Shown here piece by piece: positions 6,866 to 14,701 of a stretch of 32,628 nt of DNA. A program made the position numbers and the translations under genes. This DNA comes from Alphaproteobacteria bacterium. Lineage in GTDB: Bacteria; Pseudomonadota; Alphaproteobacteria; DATDPM01. Below the pieces are notes generated by a model. That model had not been told where the DNA came from. It saw nothing but the letters and a program-made list of their open reading frames with translations, and did not search any database. Position 1 is the first letter of the stretch; every line of letters starts with the position of its first letter. The DNA is taken from contig JBAVNO010000027.1 of the NCBI GenBank assembly GCA_049691095.1, forward strand, positions 1 to 32,628, written 5' to 3'.

Positions 6866-8560
6866 TCAGTCGGCCCCGAAGACGATGATCGAATCGCCGC
6901 CGTGGAAGTTGAGCTGGAAGTTTCCGCCCGCTGCGACCGCGATGCGCTGCTTCCCGTCCACCTTGAACGACATCGGCGCGGAGTTGACGCCGGCGCCCGC
7001 CTGGAACGACCACAGCGACTTGCCGGACTTCGCGTCATAGGCCTTGAACAGCCCGTTGCCTTCGCCGGCGAACACGAGTCCGCCCTTGGTGGTGAGCGTG
7101 CCGCCGATCATCGGCTGCTCGGTCTTCTGCTGCCAGACGATCTCGCCGGTGTCGATGTTCACCGCCGACACGTTGCCCCATTGGGCCTCGCCCGGGATGG
7201 CCTTGAACGCGCCGCCGAGCCACAGCTTGCCCTTCTCCCAAGGCACGCTCTTCACCTCGTAGTGCATCGGCTGGTGCAGGTTGACGTAATAGACCATGTG
7301 CGTGTTCGGATTGAACGCGCCCGGCGACCATTCCACGCCGCCGTTGGCCCCGGGAAGCATGCGCGTGCCCTCTCCCTCGGTGGGCAGCGCGAACAGGTTC
7401 TCGTGGGGCACCATCGGCTTCGAACGGCGGATGAGCTTGCCGGTCTTCCGGTCGTGGACATAGACCCATCCCGTCTTGCCGCCGTGGATGACGACCGGAA
7501 CCATCTTGCCGCTTTCGTCCTTGGCGGTGGCGAGAATCGGCGGTGACACCGAATCGAGATCCCACACGTCGTGGGGGACGTATTGATACGCCCATACGAT
7601 CTCGCCGGTATCGGCCTTCAACGCCAGGAGCGAGTCGGACCACCGGTTGTCGCCGGGACGCAGGGTTCCGTCGAGATCGGGAGACGGGTTGCCCGCAGTG
7701 GCGAAGATCATGCCGGATTCGGGATCGACGGCATTGGTCATCCAGTTGCCGGCGCCGCCGAATTTCCAGGCGTCCTTGTGCCCGCCGGATGCGACTGCGG
7801 CCTTCTCGGCCGCGATATCGCGATGCAGGTCGTTCTGGCCGTCGGCCTTGGCGACGTACACGCCTTCCCAGCCCTTGGCGCCATCGGGAGCGGCGTCGTC
7901 GGGGGCGGGGATGGTATGGGTGCGCCACACCAGTTCGCCGGTCTTGGCGTTATAGGCGCTGATGAATCCGCGAATGCCGTACTCGCCGCCCGAGATGCCG
8001 AGGATCACCGTGTCCTTGTAGATGGTGGGCGCGTGGGTCTCGGAATATCCGTATTCGGGATCGGCGACCTGGGTCTCCCACTTCACTTCGCCGGTCTTCT
8101 TGTCCAGCGCAATGAGCATGGCATCGAGCGTGCCCATGTAGACGTTGTCTCCCAACACCGCCACGCCGCGGTTGTTGGGGCCGCAGCAGAAGATGGTGGT
8201 GCCCAGCTTATGTTCGTGATGCCAAAGCAGCTTGCCGGTCTTGGCGTCGAGCGCGAAGACGTGGTTGTAGGGCGTGGTGACGTACATCACGTCGTCGTCG
8301 ACGATCGGCGTGTTCTCGAACGAACCCAGCACGCCGGTCTGGAACATCCATTTGACCTTGAGGTTCTTGACCGTCTTGACGTTGATCTGGTCGTTCGGTG
8401 AATACCGCATTTGGCCGAGATCGCCGCCGTAGACCAGCCACTCGTCGCCCTGGTTCTTGCCGGACGTCAGCTCCTGCCACGGCTCGGCCGCGGCGAAATG
8501 GTTCGCCCCCATCGCTACGGCAGCCGCCAAAAGTGCCTTAGGTAGAATCCTTGCCTTCAT
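6866..8560 (-). CDS. PQQ-dependent alcohol dehydrogenase, methanol/ethanol family, with a lanthanide-type D-x-D motif
   Basis: 564 aa with a signal peptide. Vicinal Cys pair (FCCGPNNRG). Metal and PQQ ligands GGEYG (Glu), GNW (Asn) and PHDVWDLD (catalytic Asp plus a second Asp two residues on). Propeller-type repeats run throughout. Confidence 0.9.
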   Translation of the reverse strand: MKARILPKALLAAAVAMGANHFAAAEPWQELTSGKNQGDEWLVYGGDLGQMRYSPNDQINVKTVKNLKVKWMFQTGVLGSFENTPIVDDDVMYVTTPYNHVFALDAKTGKLLWHHEHKLGTTIFCCGPNNRGVAVLGDNVYMGTLDAMLIALDKKTGEVKWETQVADPEYGYSETHAPTIYKDTVILGISGGEYGIRGFISAYNAKTGELVWRTHTIPAPDDAAPDGAKGWEGVYVAKADGQNDLHRDIAAEKAAVASGGHKDAWKFGGAGNWMTNAVDPESGMIFATAGNPSPDLDGTLRPGDNRWSDSLLALKADTGEIVWAYQYVPHDVWDLDSVSPPILATAKDESGKMVPVVIHGGKTGWVYVHDRKTGKLIRRSKPMVPHENLFALPTEGEGTRMLPGANGGVEWSPGAFNPNTHMVYYVNLHQPMHYEVKSVPWEKGKLWLGGAFKAIPGEAQWGNVSAVNIDTGEIVWQQKTEQPMIGGTLTTKGGLVFAGEGNGLFKAYDAKSGKSLWSFQAGAGVNSAPMSFKVDGKQRIAVAAGGNFQLNFHGGDSIIVFGAD

Positions 8561-8792
8561 CGTGCCATCCTCCCGGTTGTGATGACGCGGATGAAAAAGC
8601 GGCGTCCGCCTTTCCCCGGCACCCGCGTGGTGAGCCGGTCTTCTGGAGTACGGTCACGCACGAAAAAACGCCTCGGCCTCTGTCTTGCGACAGGTCGTGA
8701 CCATATCCGCCGGCCAATTTTGCATTCGAACGCGGCAAAGCTAACACGTCCCTCGAAAGGCCGTCCATTAAGCTTTGGTCAGATTCTAATTC

Positions 8793-9425
8793 TCAGCCGC
8801 CGACTTCATGCTGCACCTGCTCAGTGAGCGAGCGCAGCTTCTTCTCCACATAGTTCAGGCGGTAGCACAGGAAATCCGCTTCCTCTTCCGAGTCGTCCTT
8901 GTTGCGGAAATTGAATTTGCGAGCCGCCTTGATGTCTTGGCGCTTCGATTCCGCGTCGGGCGAGTTGGGCAGATCGGCCAGCATCCGGTCGTCGTCCTTG
9001 ACCGCGTCGTCCAGGATGATGGCGCGGATCTTCATGTTGCGGATTCCCGACAGGATCGCGCCTCTCAGCGCGTTGGTTTCGTCCACCATGCCGCGGAAGG
9101 CGAGAAGCAGGGTGTGCTGCTTCTCCGCCCCGGTGCCGGCCTGTTTGGCCAGATCGGAGATCGCCTTGCGGCCGCTGGCGGGCGGATTTTCCGGATTGGT
9201 GGCGAACGTCACCAGCTTGCTTACGGCCTGGTCCTGGTGCCAGTCGCCGTCGGCCGCGGGCGCCGGGCCGCCCCAAATCTCATCGGCGGTCAGCGCTTCC
9301 TTGTACGGGTTCTTGCAAGGCCAGTTCTCGATCTCGGTCGAGCCTGCCGCAGCCGCAAGCGGCGCCGCGGCCAAGCCCAGCACCGCGAACGAGACCAGTG
9401 CCGCGGCGATACGGACGGTGTTCAT
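8793..9425 (-). CDS. Secreted hypothetical protein; no family recognised
   Basis: Start at ATG 9425 with AGGGAGGG upstream. Signal peptide MNTVRIAAALVSFAVLGLAAAPLAAAAG. The mature part is charged and helical with two Cys. Coding call rests on ORF length, the RBS and the signal peptide only. Confidence 0.6.
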   Translation of the reverse strand: MNTVRIAAALVSFAVLGLAAAPLAAAAGSTEIENWPCKNPYKEALTADEIWGGPAPAADGDWHQDQAVSKLVTFATNPENPPASGRKAISDLAKQAGTGAEKQHTLLLAFRGMVDETNALRGAILSGIRNMKIRAIILDDAVKDDDRMLADLPNSPDAESKRQDIKAARKFNFRNKDDSEEEADFLCYRLNYVEKKLRSLTEQVQHEVGG

Positions 9426-9498
9426 TCTGCCCTCCCTGGCGTGGCTGCGGAGCGTCGACGCCCGCGCATTTCCGGCATGATCCGCCACGGCCGCGGCG

Positions 9499-9516
9499 CA
9501 AGTCAAACAAGTCAAA
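9499..9516. repeat. 9-bp direct repeat x2 (CAAGTCAAA) in a divergent promoter region
   Basis: Perfect tandem copies at 9499-9507 and 9508-9516. Confidence 0.9.
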
Positions 9517-9619
9517 TCGGTCCCGGCGGCCCGGTCGCCCGGCGGCCGGCCGGGGCAAGAGCGGGCGTGGGCCGCACCGGCGTTCGCCGTTGGTGATTCC
9601 CGTCCGCTGGGCTATATGA

Positions 9620-9642
9620 GGGGGCCGGCGGGGCCGGCCCCC
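9620..9642. repeat. GC hairpin (10-bp stem) in the epimerase upstream region
   Basis: GGGGGCCGGC-GGG-GCCGGCCCCC, directly after a CTATAT -10-like hexamer. Confidence 0.7.
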
Positions 9643-9663
9643 AAGACGATCCCCCAAGACGGT
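9638..9663. repeat. 13-bp tandem repeat x2 (CCCCCAAGACGAT / CCCCCAAGACGGT)
   Basis: Two adjacent copies with one mismatch. They overlap the 3' arm of the hairpin. Confidence 0.9.
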
Positions 9664-9694
9664 TCCAACGCGGCGGACAGAGAGACCAGCGACG

Positions 9695-10675
9695 ATGAGC
9701 ATCCTGCTAACCGGGGCCGCGGGCTTCATCGGTTTCCATACCGCCAGCGCCTTGTTGGCGCGGGGCGAGCGGGTCGTCGGCGTCGACGACATGAACGCCT
9801 ATTACGACGTGCGCCTCAAGGAGGCGCGGCTCGCGCGGCTGGTGGACCGAGCGGGCTTCGCGTTCCACAAGCTCGACGTCGCCGACCGCGGCGCGATCGA
9901 TCGTCTGATGGCGGGCGAGCCGGACATCGACCGGGTCATTCATCTCGCGGCCCAGGCGGGCGTGCGCTACTCGCTCGAGAACCCCTTCGCCTACACGCAC
10001 GCCAATGTCGAAGGCCAGCTCGTTCTTCTGGAGGCGGCGCGCAGGCTCAAGGGCCTTCGTCACTTCGTCTATGCGAGTTCGTCGTCGGTCTACGGGGGCA
10101 ACATCAAATTGCCGTTCTCGGTCGACGACCGGGTCGACAATCCGGTGTCGATCTACGCGGCCACCAAGAAATCCGCCGAGCTGATCGCGCATTGCTACAG
10201 CCATCTCTTTCGCCTGCCGTGCTCGGGCCTGCGGTTCTTCACCGTCTATGGGCCGTGGGGCCGTCCGGACATGTCGGCCTACATTTTCACCCGGGCGATT
10301 CTGGCCGGTGAACCGCTGCCGGTGTTCAATCACGGCGACATGAAGCGCGACTTCACCTACGTCGACGACATCGTCGCCGGCGTCATCGCGTGCCTCGACC
10401 ATGCGCCCCGTGACGGGGGCGCCGCGCCGCCCCACCGCATCTACAACCTGGGCAGTCACCGCCCCGAGCCGCTGCTGCGGTTCATCGCGATCATCGAGCG
10501 CGAGCTGGGGGTGAAGGCGAAGCTGAAGATGGAGCCGATGCAGCCCGGCGACGTGAAGGAAACCTACGCCGACATCGACTCGAGCCGCCGCGACTTCGGG
10601 TTCGATCCCGCCACCACCATCGACGAGGGTTTGCCGCGCTTCGTCGCCTGGTACCGCGAGTACCACAAGGCGTAG
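9695..10675 (+). CDS. NAD-dependent epimerase, UDP-glucuronate 4-epimerase-like (extended SDR)
   Basis: GAAGFIGFH Rossmann motif, YASSSSVYG, YAATKKSAE (YxxxK) and FTVYGPWGRPDM are typical of UDP-glucuronate/UDP-sugar 4-epimerases. Confidence 0.88.
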   Translation: MSILLTGAAGFIGFHTASALLARGERVVGVDDMNAYYDVRLKEARLARLVDRAGFAFHKLDVADRGAIDRLMAGEPDIDRVIHLAAQAGVRYSLENPFAYTHANVEGQLVLLEAARRLKGLRHFVYASSSSVYGGNIKLPFSVDDRVDNPVSIYAATKKSAELIAHCYSHLFRLPCSGLRFFTVYGPWGRPDMSAYIFTRAILAGEPLPVFNHGDMKRDFTYVDDIVAGVIACLDHAPRDGGAAPPHRIYNLGSHRPEPLLRFIAIIERELGVKAKLKMEPMQPGDVKETYADIDSSRRDFGFDPATTIDEGLPRFVAWYREYHKA

Positions 10676-10697
10676 CGCGGCCCGCGTATCTCGATCC

Positions 10698-10725
10698 GCG
10701 ATTGCGTTTGCGCGATTGCGTTTGC
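10698..10725. repeat. 14-bp perfect tandem repeat x2 (GCGATTGCGTTTGC)
   Basis: Copies at 10698-10711 and 10712-10725, in the convergent gap between the epimerase and acyl-CoA synthetase genes. Confidence 0.9.
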
Positions 10726-10748
10726 GTTTTTCCGTCGGCCGCTCGCGC

Positions 10749-12593
10749 CTATGTGCCCGCGTACATGCTCTCGATCAGGGACGCATAGGCCTCGAGGATC
10801 TTGTGCCGGCGCACCTTGAGGGTGGGAGTGAGCTGCGCGTTGTCGATCGCGAAGGGCTGCGGCGCGAGACGGAAGCGGCGCACCCGTTCGATGGCCGAAA
10901 GGTCCCGGTTGACGCGCTCGACGACGGCGCCGACCGCGGCCACGAACTGGGGGTCGTCGGCAAGCCGCGCGAGGTCGCCCGGTTTGTCGCGCGCCGCGGC
11001 CCAGGCGCGGGCGAATTCGGCGTCCGGGACGATGATGGCGGCCAGATAAGGGCGGCGGTCTCCGACCACCATGGCCTGGGCGATCTCGGGCTCGAGCGTC
11101 AGCCTGCCCTCGACGCGGGCGGGAGAGACGTTGTCGCCCCCGGAATTGACGATGATGTCCTTCTTGCGGTCGGTGATCCTGATGTAGCCGTCCGCGTTCA
11201 TGACCCCGACGTCGCCGGTGTGCAGCCAGCCGCCCTCGAGCGCGGCCTGGGTGGCCTCGGGATTCCGCCAATAGCCCTGCATGACCAGCTCGCCCCGGAC
11301 CAGGATCTCGCCGTCTGCGGCGATCCTGACCTCGGCGCCCTTGATCGGCGGGCCGACGGTGCCGATCCGGTTGTCGGCCGGAGGATTGCAGCTCACCACC
11401 GGCGCCGCCTCGGTCTGGCCGTAGCCCTGGAGCAGCCGAACGCCGAGCGCCGTGAAGAACATCGCGATGTCGTAGGAGAGCGGGGCGCCGCCGGAAACGA
11501 AGGCCTCGAGACGCCCGCCGAACCGGGCCCTCACCTTGCGGCGCACGAGCACGCCCAAGGCCCGATTGACGAGGCGTTCGGCGGGCGAAAGGCCCGCCGG
11601 GTTCTCGTAGGCGCGCCGGCCCAGCTCGAGCGTCTTCTGGAACAGGCGTTTCTTGAACGGGCGCTCCCGCTCGATGCCGGCGGTGATCCGCCGGTGCAGG
11701 ATCTCGTAGAGCCTGGGTACCGCCGTAACCAGGGTCGGGCGCGCCGCCACCATGTCTTGGCCCAGCGTCTCGACGCCCTCCGCGTAATAGATCCGGGCGC
11801 CGATCGACAGTGGCAGGAACTGGCCGGCGGTGTGCTCGTAGGAATGGGACAGCGGCAGGAACGAGAGGAACAGGCTCCCGTCGGACATGAGGCTCTTCAG
11901 CAGCTCGTAGGCCCCGAAGCAGTTGGCGAGAATCGCGCCGTGGCTGAGCATCACGCCCTTGGGCGCGCCCCCGGTTCCCGAGGTGTAGATGATGCAGGCG
12001 GTATCCTGGCGGCCGAGCGCCGCGACCCATTTGCGCACCTGGTCGGGTTCGGCCGCGTCGGGTTCGGCCGCGTCGGGTTCGGCCGCGCCCGTGGCCAAGA
12101 CGTCCGACCACGCCATGATCTTGAGTCCCGATTCCTGTGCGCGCCGCATCGGCTCGATCACGATCACCGTTTCGCACGTGCCCGCGTGCTGCGCCGCGGG
12201 TATCACCTTCGCGGCCAGCGGCGGGCTGGAAACGATGGCCGCGCGCGCGCCGCTGTTCTCGATCACGTGCTGGTGGTCGCGGACGGTATTGGTGGTATAG
12301 GCGGGCACGGTGATGGCGCCCGCGGCCATGATCGCGAGATCCGCCACCAGGAACTCCGGCCGGTTCTCCGATACCAAGACCACGCGGTCGCCGCGGACGA
12401 CGCCGGCCTTGCGCAGCCCGCGGGCAAGGGAGGCGACCTCGGACGCGATCTCGCCCCAGCTCCGCTCGCGGTAACGGCCGCCTTCCTTGACGCCCACGAG
12501 CGGACGGCGCGAAAGCCGATCCGCCTGGTCGAAGAACATCGCGGGAAGGCTGCTCCAGCGCTGATAACAGGCGGCTTGCGCGTCTTCGACCAT
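10749..12593 (-). CDS. Long-chain acyl-CoA synthetase (AMP-dependent synthetase/ligase)
   Basis: 614 aa. IIYTSGTGGAPKGVMLSH AMP-binding motif, GYGQTE, TGDVG and ITDRKKDIIV motifs. Confidence 0.9.
   Translation of the reverse strand: MVEDAQAACYQRWSSLPAMFFDQADRLSRRPLVGVKEGGRYRERSWGEIASEVASLARGLRKAGVVRGDRVVLVSENRPEFLVADLAIMAAGAITVPAYTTNTVRDHQHVIENSGARAAIVSSPPLAAKVIPAAQHAGTCETVIVIEPMRRAQESGLKIMAWSDVLATGAAEPDAAEPDAAEPDQVRKWVAALGRQDTACIIYTSGTGGAPKGVMLSHGAILANCFGAYELLKSLMSDGSLFLSFLPLSHSYEHTAGQFLPLSIGARIYYAEGVETLGQDMVAARPTLVTAVPRLYEILHRRITAGIERERPFKKRLFQKTLELGRRAYENPAGLSPAERLVNRALGVLVRRKVRARFGGRLEAFVSGGAPLSYDIAMFFTALGVRLLQGYGQTEAAPVVSCNPPADNRIGTVGPPIKGAEVRIAADGEILVRGELVMQGYWRNPEATQAALEGGWLHTGDVGVMNADGYIRITDRKKDIIVNSGGDNVSPARVEGRLTLEPEIAQAMVVGDRRPYLAAIIVPDAEFARAWAAARDKPGDLARLADDPQFVAAVGAVVERVNRDLSAIERVRRFRLAPQPFAIDNAQLTPTLKVRRHKILEAYASLIESMYAGT
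12042..12086. repeat. 15-bp perfect tandem repeat x3 inside the acyl-CoA synthetase CDS
   Basis: GTCGGGTTCGGCCGC x3, encoding (AAEPD)3 on the minus strand, in frame. Confidence 0.95.
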
Positions 12594-12738
12594 GCGTCCC
12601 CACGGGTCCCGTTCGCGAGCCTCGGGCCTCGTTAAAACCTGTGATAGAAATGTCCGTGCCCGCGAAATGCTTGGCCTCGGCCTCGAGAAGTCTTATATGG
12701 CTTTAACTCCCCTCACGGAAGGTACAGGGAAAACGACG

Positions 12739-14538
12739 ATGCATGGAACCGCCGTCACCGGCGACCACGGCAGCGACTCCGGCCGTCTCCCGGAATGGAA
12801 CCTGGATGACCTTTATCCCGGCCGGGACTCGCAGGCCCTGAAGGACGATCTGAAACGCGCCGCGGCGGACGCGGCGGCGTTCGAGGGGCGCTACAAGGGC
12901 CGCCTCGGCGCCCTGGCGGCGGAGGAATTCGCGGCCGCGATCCGCGGCTACGAAACGATCGACGAGCGGCTGGCCCGTCTCATGAGCTATGCCCAGCTCG
13001 CGTTCTCCATCGACATGGACGATCCCGAGGTCGCGCGCTTCTACCAGATGGTCCAGGAGCGCACGACCGACATCTCCACCCACCTTCTCTTCTTCGTGCT
13101 CGAATTGAACCGTCTCGACGACGCGGCCGTCGCCCGGCTGCTGGAAAACGCGGAGGCGCGCCGCTATGCGCCCTGGGTGCGGAACGTGCGCCAGTTCCGC
13201 GCCCATCAGCTTTCGGACGAGGCCGAACGGCTGCTGCACGAGAAGCACATCTCGGGGCGCGCGAGCTGGATCCGCCTCTTCGACGAGACACTGACGGCGC
13301 TGCGCTTTCCCCTCGACGGGCGGGAGCTGATCGAGACCGAAATCCTGCACCTGCTGTCCGACAAGGACCGCGAGACCCGGCGCAAGGCGGCCCATTCCCT
13401 GGGCCACGTGCTGGGCGAGAACATCCGCACCTTCTCCCTCATCACCAACACGCTCGCCAAGGACAAGGAGATCGAGGACCGCTGGCGCCATTATGAAAGC
13501 CCGGTCTCGCACCGCAATCTCAGCAACCAGGTCGAGAACGAGGTGGTCGAGGCGCTGGTGAAGGCGGTCACGGCCGCCTACCCCGGGCTTTCCCACCGCT
13601 ATTACGCCATCAAGGCGCGGTGGCTGGGACTGGAGCGCCTCGAATTCTGGGACCGGAACGCGCCCCTGCCCGAGGACGAGGACCGCGTCATCCCGTGGCC
13701 GGAGGCCAAGGAGACGGTCCTTTCCGCCTATGGCGCGTTTTCCGGCGAACTGGCCGAGATCGGGGGCGGATTCTTCACCCGGCCGTGGATCGACGCCGGC
13801 CCGCGGGCCGGCAAGGCCTCGGGCGCGTTCTCGCACCCCACGGTTCCCTCGGTGCACCCCTATATCCTGATGAACTACCAGGGCAAGACGCGCGACGTCA
13901 TGACCCTGGCCCATGAGCTGGGCCACGGCGTCCATCAGGTGCTGGCGGGGCCGCAGGGGCACTTCCTGTCGGACACGCCGCTCACGCTGGCCGAGACCGC
14001 GAGCGTGTTCGGCGAGATGCTGACCTTCCGCGCCCTGCTCGAGCGCGAGCGCGCGGGCAAGCGCCGCCGTGTGATGCTGGCCACCAAGGTCGAGGACATG
14101 CTGAACACGGTGGTGCGCCAGGTCGCCATGTTCGAGTTCGAGCGGCGCGTGCACGCCGAGCGGCGCGAGGGGGAGGTGACGGCGGGACGGCTGGGCGAAA
14201 TCTGGCTCGAGACCCAGCGCGAGTCGCTGGGTCCGGCGGTCAACGCGGCCGGCGATTACCGGCATTTCTGGGCCTACATCCCCCATTTCATCCATTCACC
14301 GTTCTACGTCTATGCCTACGCATTCGGCGACTGCCTGGTGAACTCGCTGTATTCCGTCTATCAGGGCGCGCCCGCGGGGTTCGTCGAAAAATATCTGGCC
14401 ATGCTGCGGGCGGGCGGGACGCTGCGCCACAAGGAGCTGCTGGCACCCTTCGGTCTCGACGCCTCCGATCCGGCGTTCTGGGGCCGCGGGCTCAGCGTCA
14501 TCGCCGGCCTGATCGACGAGTTGGAAGGCCTCGAATAG
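12739..14538 (+). CDS. pepF: M3-family oligoendopeptidase (PepF-like)
   Basis: HELGHGVH zinc motif and LPEWNLDDLYPG near the N-terminus. Start chosen at ATG 12739, with AGGGA 9 nt upstream; ATG 12697 and 12667 are in-frame alternatives. Confidence 0.85.
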   Translation: MHGTAVTGDHGSDSGRLPEWNLDDLYPGRDSQALKDDLKRAAADAAAFEGRYKGRLGALAAEEFAAAIRGYETIDERLARLMSYAQLAFSIDMDDPEVARFYQMVQERTTDISTHLLFFVLELNRLDDAAVARLLENAEARRYAPWVRNVRQFRAHQLSDEAERLLHEKHISGRASWIRLFDETLTALRFPLDGRELIETEILHLLSDKDRETRRKAAHSLGHVLGENIRTFSLITNTLAKDKEIEDRWRHYESPVSHRNLSNQVENEVVEALVKAVTAAYPGLSHRYYAIKARWLGLERLEFWDRNAPLPEDEDRVIPWPEAKETVLSAYGAFSGELAEIGGGFFTRPWIDAGPRAGKASGAFSHPTVPSVHPYILMNYQGKTRDVMTLAHELGHGVHQVLAGPQGHFLSDTPLTLAETASVFGEMLTFRALLERERAGKRRRVMLATKVEDMLNTVVRQVAMFEFERRVHAERREGEVTAGRLGEIWLETQRESLGPAVNAAGDYRHFWAYIPHFIHSPFYVYAYAFGDCLVNSLYSVYQGAPAGFVEKYLAMLRAGGTLRHKELLAPFGLDASDPAFWGRGLSVIAGLIDELEGLE

Positions 14539-14558
14539 GCGCCCTCCGGGCGGTCCGG

Positions 14559-14580
14559 CCCCCGGCCGGGGGAAATTTTC
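14559..14580 (+). terminator. Weak candidate terminator after pepF
   Basis: CCCCC-GGCC-GGGGG hairpin followed by AAATTTT. Short stem and interrupted U-tract. Confidence 0.3.
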
Positions 14581-14701
14581 GCCCGCGACATGTTAGCTTC
14601 TTGGCAAACGGCCTCGATCACGGCATTGTTTGCCCGGCAATACCGCCAGGGACCCAGATCGGGGGTCGGGTCCCGGCGTCGGTTAGGGGAAACTGCCTGA
14701 C

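Noticed and set aside
8561-8575. Sigma-54 -24 element (TGGCAC) just upstream of the PQQ dehydrogenase start
   Set aside because: It sits 1 nt from the ATG, overlapping the RBS-to-start spacer. It is not followed by a TTGC -12 element at the correct spacing.
10564-12635. 679-aa (minus) and 639-aa (plus) ORFs overlapping the acyl-CoA synthetase gene
   Set aside because: Only the 10749-12593 frame shows AMP-binding motifs. The others are Arg/Gly/Pro-rich shadow frames. The same applies to 12703-14295 opposite pepF and 16254-17285 opposite pntB.
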